Origin: an uncultured Pelagibacteraceae bacterium | GTDB taxonomy: Bacteria; Pseudomonadota; Alphaproteobacteria; Pelagibacterales; Pelagibacteraceae | Direction of reading: 5' to 3' | Assembly: GCA_902618485.1 (NCBI GenBank) | Contig: CACNAR010000003.1 | Coordinates: forward strand, 32,268 to 96,267 | Length of the DNA: 64,000 bases | In this document: positions 1 to 9,537 of the stretch, in pieces | Layout of the letters: each line of letters begins with the position of its first letter | Numbering within the stretch: position 1 is the first letter of the stretch | Position numbers and translations under genes: made by a program | Notes under the pieces: generated by a model | Database searches by the model: none | What the model was told of the DNA's origin: nothing | What the model saw: only the letters and a program-made list of their open reading frames with translations

Positions 1-1
1 A

Positions 2-535
2 GCTGGAAAAGGCACTCAAGCAAAATATTTGGTAAAAAAAATAAATGGTTTTCAAATATCCACAGGTGATATTTTGAGAGATGAAATTAAAAAAGACACT
101 GAAATTGGTAAAAAAATAATAAATGATATGAATGATGGTAAATTTGTAAGTGATGAAATTGTTAATAATCTTATTAGTAATATTATTTTTGACTCTCAAA
201 AGAAAAATCGACTTATTTTTGATGGATATCCTAGATCATTAAGTCAAGCTAAAAACTTAAATTTGTTATTAGAAAAATCAGATCAAAAAATTGATTTAGT
301 TTTTTTTTTAAATGTAAATAAGGAAACTATAATTGAAAGAATTAAAAGAAGAAGGATAGAGGAACAAAGATCTGACGACGACTTGGACACTATCGTAAAA
401 AGGTATGACACATACATGAAGACTACTAGACCTGTCCTAGATTTTTATTCAAAAAATATTAATTTTCATGAGATTGATGGCTCTTTAGAAATCAAACAAA
501 TAACCAATAAAATCAGCAATTTTATCAATTTTTAA
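2..535 (+). CDS. adk: adenylate kinase, 5' end cut by window edge
   Basis: Frame 2 reads AGKGTQAKYLVKK... from base 2 (end of the GxxGxGKGT P-loop), upstream of the TTG used by the ORF track. DGYPR motif and short-lid AK layout. Lies just before rpsM, as usual at the end of the spc cluster. Confidence 0.93.
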   Translation, partial: AGKGTQAKYLVKKINGFQISTGDILRDEIKKDTEIGKKIINDMNDGKFVSDEIVNNLISNIIFDSQKKNRLIFDGYPRSLSQAKNLNLLLEKSDQKIDLVFFLNVNKETIIERIKRRRIEEQRSDDDLDTIVKRYDTYMKTTRPVLDFYSKNINFHEIDGSLEIKQITNKISNFINF

Positions 536-539
536 GTCG

Positions 540-567
540 TTGACTTTGAAAGAACTTCTTATATAAA
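540..567 (+). promoter_or_regulatory. candidate sigma70-type promoter for rpsM-rpsK-rpoA-rplQ
   Basis: TTGACT (540-545), 16-nt spacer, TATAAA (562-567), 22 nt upstream of the rpsM ATG. Such hexamers are easy to find by chance in AT-rich DNA. Confidence 0.35.
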
Positions 568-589
568 GGCTACAATTTATCACAAAATT

Positions 590-973
590 ATGGCACGTAT
601 TGCAGGTATCAATATTCCTCAGAACAAGTTAGTTCAAATTGGACTTACTTATATCTATGGCATTGGTGATAAATTTTCAAAACAAATCTGTGATGCATTA
701 AATTTCCCAAAGGAAAAAAGAGTTAATCAACTTACCGACGACGAAATTTTAAAAATAAGAGAATATATTGATCAAAATTTTAAAGTTGAGGGTGATCTTA
801 GGAGAGATTATTCTTTGAGCATAAAGAGGTTAATTGATTTGGCTTGTTATAGAGGTTCAAGACACAGAAAAAAATTACCTGTTAGGGGTCAAAGAACAAG
901 ATGTAATGCAAGAACCAGAAAAGGAAAAGCAATTGCGATTGCTGGAAAAAAATTAACCCCACTTAAAAAATAA
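590..973 (+). CDS. rpsM: 30S ribosomal protein S13
   Basis: [10 protein letters not shown]...GLTYIYGIG...[14 protein letters not shown] is a typical S13 sequence; operon context. Confidence 0.97.
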   Translation: MARIAGINIPQNKLVQIGLTYIYGIGDKFSKQICDALNFPKEKRVNQLTDDEILKIREYIDQNFKVEGDLRRDYSLSIKRLIDLACYRGSRHRKKLPVRGQRTRCNARTRKGKAIAIAGKKLTPLKK

Positions 974-975
974 AT

Positions 976-1425
976 ATGGCTAATACAGACAAAATTGAAA
1001 ATAAGAAAAAAGATAATGATAAACCAGAAAAAAAAGTTGCAAAAAGTTCTTACTCAAAAAAGAAAAAAACAAAAAAAAACATTCTTAATGGAATAGCTTA
1101 TGTACAATCAACCTTTAATAACACAATAATTTCTATCGCAGATACAAATGGTAACGTAATTTCATGGGCTTCAGCTGGTCAAAAGGGTTTTAAGGGTTCA
1201 AGAAAATCAACACCATATGCAGCACAAGTAGCAGCTGATGCCGCAGCGTCTAAAGCGCTAGAATATGGAATGAAAACATTAAATGTGGAAATAAAAGGAC
1301 CAGGTTCAGGTCGAGAGACTGCATTAAGAGCTTTACAAGCTAAAGGTTTTAAAATTTTATCAATTAAAGACACAACACCTATGCCTCATAACGGAACTAG
1401 GCCACCAAAAAAAAGGAGAGTTTAA
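976..1425 (+). CDS. rpsK: 30S ribosomal protein S11 with Lys-rich N-terminal extension
   Basis: [22 protein letters not shown]...[12 protein letters not shown]...[13 protein letters not shown] is canonical S11, preceded by about 35 Lys/Asp-rich residues with no alternative internal start. Confidence 0.96.
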   Translation: MANTDKIENKKKDNDKPEKKVAKSSYSKKKKTKKNILNGIAYVQSTFNNTIISIADTNGNVISWASAGQKGFKGSRKSTPYAAQVAADAAASKALEYGMKTLNVEIKGPGSGRETALRALQAKGFKILSIKDTTPMPHNGTRPPKKRRV

Positions 1426-2453
1426 TGGAGACAGAGAATGTAAACATAAAAAATTGGAAATCATTAATTAAACCATCAAAACTAGATGTAAAATTAAGCG
1501 AAGACCTTACACATGCTAAGATAATTGCTGAGCCATTAGAAAAAGGTTACGGTTTAACTCTAGGAAATTCTTTAAGAAGAATACTATTATCTTCAATAAG
1601 AGGTGCAGCAGTTACTTCTATTCAAATAGATGGTGTCCTACATGAATTTACATCTATAAAGGGTGTGAGAGAGGATGTTACAGATATAGTCTTAAACGTA
1701 AAATCATTAGCTTTAAAATGTAACTCTGAAGGTACCAAAAAATTAATACTTGATGCAAAAGGACCAGGAGAAATTAAAGCTTCAGATATATCACCTATTG
1801 CAGATGTAGAAATTTTAAACCCTGATTTAGTAATATGTAATTTAGATGAAAATACTAATTTTCATATGGAAATGAATGTTAATACTGGAAAGGGATATGT
1901 ACCTGCTGAACTTAATAAGCCAGAGGAACCACCATTGGGACTAATTGCGATTGACTCATTGTATAGCCCTGTTAAAAAAGTTTCGTATTCTGTTAGTACA
2001 GCAAGGGAAGGAAAAGCTTTGGACTACGATAAACTGACAATGGAAGTTGAAACGAATGGTTCAATCTCTGCTGAAGATGCAGTTGCTTATTCAGCTAGAA
2101 TTTTTCAGGACCAACTTAAAATGTTTGTAAATTTTGACGAACCTGTTGAAGTTCCTGTTAAAGAAGTTTCTACTGAACCAGAATTTAATAAAAATTTGTT
2201 AAGAAAAGTAGACGAGCTAGAGCTATCAGTAAGATCAATGAATTGTTTAAAAAATGATAATATAATTTATATTGGTGATCTAGTTCAAAAATCAGAGGGA
2301 GAAATGTTAAGAACTCCTAATTTTGGAAGAAAATCTCTAAATGAAATTAAAGAAGTTTTAACTGGAATGTCTTTATATTTAGGTATGGAAATTCCAAATT
2401 GGCCCCCAGATAATATAGCAGAAATGTCTAAAAAGTTAGAGGAAGCTATTTAA
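1425..2453 (+). CDS. rpoA: DNA-directed RNA polymerase alpha subunit
   Basis: [18 protein letters not shown]-terminal domain and [23 protein letters not shown]-terminal domain motifs. Start overlaps the rpsK stop (TAATG). Confidence 0.97.
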   Translation: METENVNIKNWKSLIKPSKLDVKLSEDLTHAKIIAEPLEKGYGLTLGNSLRRILLSSIRGAAVTSIQIDGVLHEFTSIKGVREDVTDIVLNVKSLALKCNSEGTKKLILDAKGPGEIKASDISPIADVEILNPDLVICNLDENTNFHMEMNVNTGKGYVPAELNKPEEPPLGLIAIDSLYSPVKKVSYSVSTAREGKALDYDKLTMEVETNGSISAEDAVAYSARIFQDQLKMFVNFDEPVEVPVKEVSTEPEFNKNLLRKVDELELSVRSMNCLKNDNIIYIGDLVQKSEGEMLRTPNFGRKSLNEIKEVLTGMSLYLGMEIPNWPPDNIAEMSKKLEEAI

Positions 2454-2899
2454 TGAGACATGGTTTTGCGAACAAAAAACTAAATAGAAATTCAGAACAT
2501 AGAAAAGCATTACTTAAGAATATGCTCAATTCTTTGATAAAGTATGAGCAGATTAAAACTACTTTACCTAAGGCTAAATTTTTAAAACCCCAAGCAGACA
2601 AAATTATAACTTTAGGTAAGAAAAATAGCTTATCTTCTACTAAAAACTTAATTTCACAACTTCAAGATAAAAAGTCAGCTAACAAAGTTACAAAAACACT
2701 ATCAAAAAGATATGAAAAAAGAAGTGGTGGTTACACAAGAATAATTAAAGCTGGTTTTAGATATGGTGATAATGCTCCGATGGCTATAATTGAGTTTGTT
2801 GATAGAGATATTGAAGCTAGAAGAGTTGACAAAAAGAAAAATGATCAATCTAAAAATACAGAGAATAAAGACAGTAAAAAAGAACCTGTAAGTAAATAA
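2453..2899 (+). CDS. rplQ: 50S ribosomal protein L17 with Lys-rich C-terminal tail
   Basis: [24 protein letters not shown]...GGYTRIIK...GDNAPMAIIEFV is canonical L17; follows rpoA. Confidence 0.96.
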   Translation: MRHGFANKKLNRNSEHRKALLKNMLNSLIKYEQIKTTLPKAKFLKPQADKIITLGKKNSLSSTKNLISQLQDKKSANKVTKTLSKRYEKRSGGYTRIIKAGFRYGDNAPMAIIEFVDRDIEARRVDKKKNDQSKNTENKDSKKEPVSK

Positions 2900-2908
2900 G
2901 TTTTAAAA

Positions 2909-3817
2909 ATGATAAAAAGTTTTGTTGTAGACGCAACATTTAAAAATATGCGTCTAGATAGATTTTTAAGGAATAAAATAGGAAAAATACCTCAAGGATT
3001 AATTGAAAAAAAATTACGAACTGGAAAAATTAGATTAAATAAAAAAAAAGTTAAAAGTTCTACTAAACTTAATTTGAACGACAAAGTAGAATTATTTAAT
3101 TTAGACTTTGAGGAGAGATCTAATAACAAAAAAATAAATTTCAAACCTTCTAATACAATCATTAAATCTAATGAAAAGTCTATAATTGAAAATAATGAGA
3201 ATTTTATAGTAATAAACAAGGACTCTGGAATTTCAGTACAAGGTGGAACTAAATCGAAAAAAAATTTAATAGATATTTTTAAAAAAAGTAAAATATTCGA
3301 AAATACGAAACCTTATTCTGTTCACAGACTGGACAAGGACACATCGGGTGTTTTTATAATTGCCAAAAAAAGAGAAATGGCACAACTTTTAACTTCACTT
3401 TTTAGGTTAAGAAAGATACATAAAACGTATTTAGCAATTTGTCATGGCGAATTAGAAAAAAATTTTGGAGAATTAAATGATAATTTAATTAGATATGATA
3501 ATGGAAAGAAAATAGTTGAAAAAGCTAAAACAATTTTTAAGGTAATAGACAAAAATTCAGAAGCTAGTTTACTTGAGCTTAAACCAATCACTGGTAGAAA
3601 ACATCAATTAAGAAAGCAATTGTATAATATTGGTCATTCAATTTATGGTGACGAAAAATATAAACACGTTAATCTCAAAGGTATAAACAAGAAGTTAATG
3701 CTTCATTCTTATCAAATTAAATTTTTAATAAATGATAAAAAACATACCTATAAGGCTTTATTACCAGATTACTTTAAAAATTTGCTTAAATCAAAAAGAC
3801 TTAACTTTTTAAATTAA
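2909..3817 (+). CDS. RluA-family 23S rRNA pseudouridine synthase with N-terminal S4 domain (RluC/RluD-like)
   Basis: S4-like RLDRFL...[10 protein letters not shown], catalytic HRLDKDTSG motif, KTYLAI and GRKHQLR motifs. Confidence 0.85.
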   Translation: MIKSFVVDATFKNMRLDRFLRNKIGKIPQGLIEKKLRTGKIRLNKKKVKSSTKLNLNDKVELFNLDFEERSNNKKINFKPSNTIIKSNEKSIIENNENFIVINKDSGISVQGGTKSKKNLIDIFKKSKIFENTKPYSVHRLDKDTSGVFIIAKKREMAQLLTSLFRLRKIHKTYLAICHGELEKNFGELNDNLIRYDNGKKIVEKAKTIFKVIDKNSEASLLELKPITGRKHQLRKQLYNIGHSIYGDEKYKHVNLKGINKKLMLHSYQIKFLINDKKHTYKALLPDYFKNLLKSKRLNFLN

Positions 3818-4421
3818 TTAAAAAATTTTCTATTAGTTTATTTTCTAATTCATCATAATTTTGATCAACGATCGTTTTTAAGTTAGTTACACCTCTATTA
3901 CTTATACCACATGGTATTATAGCATCGTATTTATCAAGTTTATTGTTAATATTTATTGAAAAACCATGATAAGCAATCCATTTACGAACTCTTACACCGA
4001 TAGCTGCAACTTTTTTAATCTCTTTATTATCATCGTACCAAATCCCAATATTTTTTTTGTCTGCAAAAGTTTCAATTTTAAAAAATTTAATTGTATCAAT
4101 AATTGTTTTTTCAATTATGGATATAAACTTTCTTATATCTTTGCCCCTTTTTTTTAGATCAATAATAAAATAACAAATTAGTTGTCCTGGCCCATGATAG
4201 GTAATTTTACCCCCTCTATTTGTCCGGATAATTTTTATTGATTTGTCTAAAATTTCATTTTCTTTAAAACTTGTACCGGCTGTAAAAATTTCGTTGTGTT
4301 CTAAAGTCCAAATTAGCTCATTAGCTGTATTTTCATTTACCTTGTGAATCTTTGACTCCATAAAATTGATAGCTTCTTCGTATTTTATTGGTTTTTTTGA
4401 TTTTTTAACCTCAATATTCAT
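3801..4421 (-). CDS. lipB: octanoyltransferase (lipoate-protein ligase B)
   Basis: [12 protein letters not shown]...[14 protein letters not shown]...[13 protein letters not shown]...IIPCGI motifs. Its 3' end overlaps the convergent pseudouridine synthase gene by 17 nt. Confidence 0.9.
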   Translation of the reverse strand: MNIEVKKSKKPIKYEEAINFMESKIHKVNENTANELIWTLEHNEIFTAGTSFKENEILDKSIKIIRTNRGGKITYHGPGQLICYFIIDLKKRGKDIRKFISIIEKTIIDTIKFFKIETFADKKNIGIWYDDNKEIKKVAAIGVRVRKWIAYHGFSININNKLDKYDAIIPCGISNRGVTNLKTIVDQNYDELENKLIENFLINLKS

Positions 4422-4481
4422 TTAAAAATTGTAATCTTTTCATTTTGTATTAAAAGAGCCGACATAATAATAGGTTAATTT

Positions 4482-5855
4482 ATGACTTTAGTTAAAAAAA
4501 TTAAAGATAAAAAAGTAAATTTTGAATTTAATAAAGAATTTATAAAAGTTGTCACAGATAAAATAGCTAATAATGATGCATTATTTATTATCAATTCATT
4601 CAAAGAAATGCATCCTGCAGATGCAGCCGATATTATTGAACATTTAAGTGAAAATGATAGAGAAAGTTTAATTAAATTAAACAGTTTTAGAATTGATCCA
4701 GAAGTATTTGTGGAGCTAAATGAGTCTGTTCAAACAGAGATTATTAAATTTTTATCTTCAGAGTCAATCGTTAGAATATTGAAAAATCTTGAATCTGACG
4801 ATGCAATAGCGATTTTAGAAAATATTGAAGAAAAGAATAAAAATTCCATCCTGAGCGCTTTACCCCCTAAAGATCGTTTTGCTTTACTAGAAGGACTTAG
4901 CTATCCAGAGGATAGTGCTGCTAGAATAATGCAAAGGGAGTTTACAGCAATTCCAAGTAATTGGTCAGTTGGTCAGACAATTGATTATTTAAGAGAAAAC
5001 AAAGATTTACCAGAACAATTTTTGGAAATCTTTATTGTTGATGAAAATTTTAAACCAATTGGCACTGTACCTTCATCTAAAGTTTTACGAACACCAAGGG
5101 AAACAAAAATGTCTAATATTATGGAGGAGACAATTTTTTTAGTACCCGTAGATATGGACAAAGAAGAAGTAGGTAACTTATTTGAAAATTATGGGTTAAA
5201 TTCAGCATGTGTGGTTGATAAGAACAATAAACTTGTTGGAATGATAACTTCTGATGATATTTTGACAGTTTTAAAAGAGGAAGCTGAAGAAGATACGTTA
5301 CGACTTGCCGGTGTTGGTGATGAGGAAATTACAGATGGTGTATTTACTAAAACAAAAAGAAGATTTAATTGGTTATTATTAAATTTATTTACTGCTTTCC
5401 TAGCGACTTGGTGCATAAGTTTATTTGGAGCAACTATTGAACAAATGGTAGTTCTTGCTTTTTTAATGCCGATCGTAGCTTCGATGGGTGGCAATGCTGG
5501 AATGCAAACATTAGCCGTAACAGTGAGATCTTTGGCAACAAATGATTTAACAAAAAATAATTTTAGTCAAAATATATTAAAAGAATTTAATATTGGAGTT
5601 TTAAATGGAATAATCTTTGCTATTATTAGTTCATTAATAGTTCAATTATGGTTTCAAGATAGTCAACTTTCTTTAATAATTTCTATTTCAATGATTTTGA
5701 CAATGATCATAGCTGGTCTTTTTGGAATTCTAGTTCCTGTTTCATTAAAAAAAATGAATATTGATCCAGCCATAGCATCTAGTGTATTTGTAACAACAAT
5801 TACTGATGTGATTGGGTTTGTGTCCTTTTTAGGTGTTGGTGCATATTACTTTTAG
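4482..5855 (+). CDS. mgtE: magnesium transporter MgtE
   Basis: N-terminal MgtE_N (HPADAADIIEHL), tandem CBS region, and a C-terminal 5-TM domain with PIVASMGGNAGMQ. Confidence 0.92.
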   Translation: MTLVKKIKDKKVNFEFNKEFIKVVTDKIANNDALFIINSFKEMHPADAADIIEHLSENDRESLIKLNSFRIDPEVFVELNESVQTEIIKFLSSESIVRILKNLESDDAIAILENIEEKNKNSILSALPPKDRFALLEGLSYPEDSAARIMQREFTAIPSNWSVGQTIDYLRENKDLPEQFLEIFIVDENFKPIGTVPSSKVLRTPRETKMSNIMEETIFLVPVDMDKEEVGNLFENYGLNSACVVDKNNKLVGMITSDDILTVLKEEAEEDTLRLAGVGDEEITDGVFTKTKRRFNWLLLNLFTAFLATWCISLFGATIEQMVVLAFLMPIVASMGGNAGMQTLAVTVRSLATNDLTKNNFSQNILKEFNIGVLNGIIFAIISSLIVQLWFQDSQLSLIISISMILTMIIAGLFGILVPVSLKKMNIDPAIASSVFVTTITDVIGFVSFLGVGAYYF

Positions 5856-6664
5856 AAATTATCTATTAATCTTACATTATTAATATAATAAGCAATAAAA
5901 ATTTTTGAATTTTTTATATTTAAAGAAGGTTTAAGACTATTTTTATTTCTAATATCTAAGTAATCGATCTTAATATCAAATTTTTTTTTTAATAATTCTA
6001 TTTTCTTATGTAATAGATTTTTTGTTATTTTGCTATTTTTAAGAAATATTTTAAAATAGAATAATTCTTTAGCTATTTTACCTGCTTTAATTAGATCTCT
6101 TTTATTAAGTAATTGATTTCTTGAAGATAAAGCAAGTCTATTTTTATTTCTAACTGTTTTGCACGAGATAATTTTTGTTTTGTTTTTTTTTTCAATAAAC
6201 TTTTTAACTAACAGTAGCTGTTGATAATCTTTTTCACCCATGAATATTTTGTTTGGTTTAATAATATTTGTCAATCTATCCATTACGTCAATTACACCCT
6301 CAAAATGACCTTTTCTAAATTTTGCACAAAGTATTTTATTTTCTTTTTTTAGAACTATTGCCTTTTTTCTTTTAAATGAATAGATGTCTTTTTTATTTGG
6401 GATATAAACAAAATTGACCTTTAATTTTTTTAAGATATTAAGATCTTTCTTCAAATTCTTTGGGTATGACAAATAATCTTTTTTATTATTAAATTGAGTT
6501 GGATTTATGAAAATACTTACTAGTGTTCGATTACATTTCTTTTTTGACTGTTTTATTAAATATTCATGCCCTTTATGAAGACACCCCATTGTTGGAACGA
6601 AACCTAAATTTGAAACATTTTTGAGTGCCTCATTTATATCTTTATTCTTAATTAAAATTTTCAT
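5852..6664 (-). CDS. panC: pantoate--beta-alanine ligase
   Basis: GFVPTMGCLHKGHEYLI (HxGH nucleotidyltransferase motif), GEKDYQQL and LSSRN motifs. Confidence 0.9.
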   Translation of the reverse strand: MKILIKNKDINEALKNVSNLGFVPTMGCLHKGHEYLIKQSKKKCNRTLVSIFINPTQFNNKKDYLSYPKNLKKDLNILKKLKVNFVYIPNKKDIYSFKRKKAIVLKKENKILCAKFRKGHFEGVIDVMDRLTNIIKPNKIFMGEKDYQQLLLVKKFIEKKNKTKIISCKTVRNKNRLALSSRNQLLNKRDLIKAGKIAKELFYFKIFLKNSKITKNLLHKKIELLKKKFDIKIDYLDIRNKNSLKPSLNIKNSKIFIAYYINNVRLIDNF

Positions 6665-6699
6665 TTGTATAAAATAATTTTTATAAGTAAAACATTCAA

Positions 6700-7515
6700 A
6701 TGATTAAACAAGCAATTATTCCTCTAGCTGGTTTAGGAACTCGATTACTACCATTAACTAGTGTTTTCGCCAAAGAGCTTTTACCTATAAATGGTAAACC
6801 TGGGATTGAATATATTTTGGATGAGTGTATTGAGGCTGGAATAAAAGAAGTTGTTTTTATTATTTCTAAAAAAAAAATGATGATTAAGAAATATTTTTAT
6901 AATGATAATTTTTATAAAAAGATAATAAAAAAAAAGAAAGATCCAAGAACTTTAAAAGAATACAAAAAAATTCAAAAATATAAAAAAATTATAAAATTTG
7001 TTTATCAAAATAAACCTTTAGGTACAGGTGATGCAGTTTTAAAAACTAAAAATATTATTAAGGATAAATTTTTTTTAATGTTACTACCAGATGACCTTAT
7101 AGTAAAAAAAAACTGCTCTAAATCTATGATCCAAATCCATAAAAAATATAAAGCATCAGTTATGGCGAGTATGAATGTTAATAAAAAAACAGTGTCTAGG
7201 TGGGGTGTCTATAAATTGAAAAAAAAAATAGATAAAAATAATTTTTTAATTGAGGATGTAATTGAAAAGCCATCGATAAAAGAGGCACCATCCAATAAAG
7301 CTGTAATCGGAAGATATATTTTACCAAGAAAAATATTTGCAAAATTATTATTACAAAAACCAGGTAAAGGTGGTGAAATACATATTACCGATTCTATTCA
7401 AACTTTAATTAAAGAGAATCAAAAATTTATAGCACATAACTTTTCTGGTAAATACTTGGACTGTGGAAGTATGAATGGATACATTAAATCTGGAATAGAG
7501 ATTTCAAAATTATGA
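6700..7515 (+). CDS. galU: UTP--glucose-1-phosphate uridylyltransferase
   Basis: IPLAGLGTRLLPLTSVFAKELLPI N-terminal signature, PLGTGDAV, VIEKP...AVIGRYIL. Confidence 0.9.
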   Translation: MIKQAIIPLAGLGTRLLPLTSVFAKELLPINGKPGIEYILDECIEAGIKEVVFIISKKKMMIKKYFYNDNFYKKIIKKKKDPRTLKEYKKIQKYKKIIKFVYQNKPLGTGDAVLKTKNIIKDKFFLMLLPDDLIVKKNCSKSMIQIHKKYKASVMASMNVNKKTVSRWGVYKLKKKIDKNNFLIEDVIEKPSIKEAPSNKAVIGRYILPRKIFAKLLLQKPGKGGEIHITDSIQTLIKENQKFIAHNFSGKYLDCGSMNGYIKSGIEISKL

Positions 7516-8810
7516 AATTATGTATGATAGGAACTGGTTATGTTGGACTTGTTAGTGGTGTTTGTTTTTCTGATGTAGGAAATATTGTCTATTGTGTTGA
7601 TAAAGATAAAAAAAAAATTGAAACACTAAATAAAGGTAAAGTGCCCATTTATGAACCAGGATTAGAAGAAATACTAAAAAGAAACTATAAAGCTAAAAGA
7701 TTATTCTTTACCTCAGATTTAAATGAAGCAGTAAAGAAATCTGATATTATATTTATTTGTGTTGGGACTCCTACCAAAAAAAAAAGTAATTCAGCTGATT
7801 TAAAACACGTATTTGCAGTAGCAAAACAATTAAAGAAAAGTATTTCTAAATATAAAATCATCATAACAAAATCCACAGTTCCCGTGACAACTGGAGATAA
7901 AATTGAAAAAATTTTAAAAAATTTAAAGAAAAAAAAACTAATAGATGTAGTTTCTAATCCTGAATTTTTAAGAGAGGGAGAAGCTATAAGAGATTTTATT
8001 TATCCTGATAGAGTTGTTGTTGGGACTGAAAGTAACAAAGCTAATAGAATTTTAAAATCTTTGTATTTACCTATAATAAAAAAATCTAGCAGATATTTTA
8101 AAACTTCAAGAAGAGGTGCTGAAATGATAAAATATGCGTCCAATGCTTTTTTAGCTACAAAGATTTCCTACATAAACGAATTAGCTAATTTATGTGAAAA
8201 AATTGGTGTTAATATTCAAGATATTTCCGTTGGCATGGGCTTGGATCAAAGAATTGGTGATAGATTTTTAAGGGCAGGGCCTGCCTATGGAGGTTCATGC
8301 TTTCCTAAAGATACAAGAGCCTTAATTGACGTTGCCGATAAACATAAAACTGATCTCTCAATTATAAAAAGTGTTGTCAAATCAAATAATCAAAGAAAAA
8401 TAAATCTTACAAAAAGAATTGATAAAATTTTAAGAAATAGGCTTAAGAATAAGAATATTACTTTTTTAGGTGTAACTTTTAAACCTAATACTGATGATAT
8501 GAGGGAAGCATCAAGTATACCAATGATTAATTATTTAAATAAAAAAGGTTGCAAAATTAAATATTATGATCCTTCTGGAAGAAAGAAGGAATTTGATCAA
8601 TTGAAGAATGTTAAATTCTACAATAGTATTTCTTCAGCTTGTATTAAGAGTGATCTTATAATTATTCACACTGAGTGGAATGCTTTTAAATTACTAGACT
8701 TTAAAAGACTTGTAAAAAAAAAGAATTTTAAAGTTTTTGATATGAGAAATATTTATTCTCAAGATAAAATGAGAAATTTAAAGATAGATTACACCAGTAT
8801 CGGAAGGTAA
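7512..8810 (+). CDS. ugd: UDP-glucose 6-dehydrogenase
   Basis: GTGYVGLVSG Rossmann motif, NPEFLREG, GGSCFPKDT catalytic Cys motif. ATGA overlap with galU. Confidence 0.93.
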   Translation: MKLCMIGTGYVGLVSGVCFSDVGNIVYCVDKDKKKIETLNKGKVPIYEPGLEEILKRNYKAKRLFFTSDLNEAVKKSDIIFICVGTPTKKKSNSADLKHVFAVAKQLKKSISKYKIIITKSTVPVTTGDKIEKILKNLKKKKLIDVVSNPEFLREGEAIRDFIYPDRVVVGTESNKANRILKSLYLPIIKKSSRYFKTSRRGAEMIKYASNAFLATKISYINELANLCEKIGVNIQDISVGMGLDQRIGDRFLRAGPAYGGSCFPKDTRALIDVADKHKTDLSIIKSVVKSNNQRKINLTKRIDKILRNRLKNKNITFLGVTFKPNTDDMREASSIPMINYLNKKGCKIKYYDPSGRKKEFDQLKNVKFYNSISSACIKSDLIIIHTEWNAFKLLDFKRLVKKKNFKVFDMRNIYSQDKMRNLKIDYTSIGR

Positions 8811-8811
8811 T

Positions 8812-9273
8812 TCAATTTAATTCAAATATTGCATCTACTTCAACTGAAACACCTAATGGTAAACTATTTGCACTAATTGCTGCTCTTGTATGCATTCCAG
8901 CTTTATCAAATATTGATGCAATTATATCTGAAGCTCCATTAATTACTTTGGGTTGATCTGTAAAATCATCTGTTGAATTAACAAATCCAGTGAGTTTGAT
9001 ACATGATTTGATTTTGGATAAATCCCCATTACAGGCCTCTTTTGCTTGTGAGACAATACTTAAACCACATCTTTTTGCAGCGTTATAACCATCATTCACT
9101 GATAAATCTTTGCCTACTTTGCCTTTGATCAATTCACCATTTTCATTAATAGATATTTGACCTGAAATGAATAAAAATTTACCACTAATTTTAGTAGCGA
9201 CATAGGAACCAACTGGTGGTTTAGCTATTGGTAATTTAATATTTAATTTTTCAATTCGATCATTAATTGTCAT
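8812..9273 (-). CDS. RidA/YjgF-family protein
   Basis: GKFLFISGQI...layout with C-terminal ARAAISANSLPLGVSVEVDAIFE, typical of the YjgF/RidA fold. Confidence 0.8.
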   Translation of the reverse strand: MTINDRIEKLNIKLPIAKPPVGSYVATKISGKFLFISGQISINENGELIKGKVGKDLSVNDGYNAAKRCGLSIVSQAKEACNGDLSKIKSCIKLTGFVNSTDDFTDQPKVINGASDIIASIFDKAGMHTRAAISANSLPLGVSVEVDAIFELN

Positions 9274-9529
9274 TTTTTAATTTTTCCATAAATTCTTTAC
9301 CATTTTTACTATTTTTGAATTTAGTCCATGTATCTTTAAATGATGACTTATCAAATTTCTTTTTACCTGCATTTAATTTTTCACCTGTGCTTGTCTTTAG
9401 TTTCTTTGCAGTACACTCAATATATTTTGCACTTAGTTTATCAAATTGATTACAGTCATTTTCATTTGCAAACACAGCGGTTGAAATTAATAAAACAAAA
9501 ACAGATTTAATTATTATTTTTTTTGTCAT
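9263..9529 (-). CDS. small secreted hypothetical protein
   Basis: 88 aa with a clear signal peptide (KKIIIKSVFVLLISTAVFA), Lys-rich mature part, two Cys. Tightly packed between topA and the RidA gene. No family recognised. Confidence 0.5.
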   Translation of the reverse strand: MTKKIIIKSVFVLLISTAVFANENDCNQFDKLSAKYIECTAKKLKTSTGEKLNAGKKKFDKSSFKDTWTKFKNSKNGKEFMEKLKNDN

Positions 9530-9537
9530 AGTTTTTC

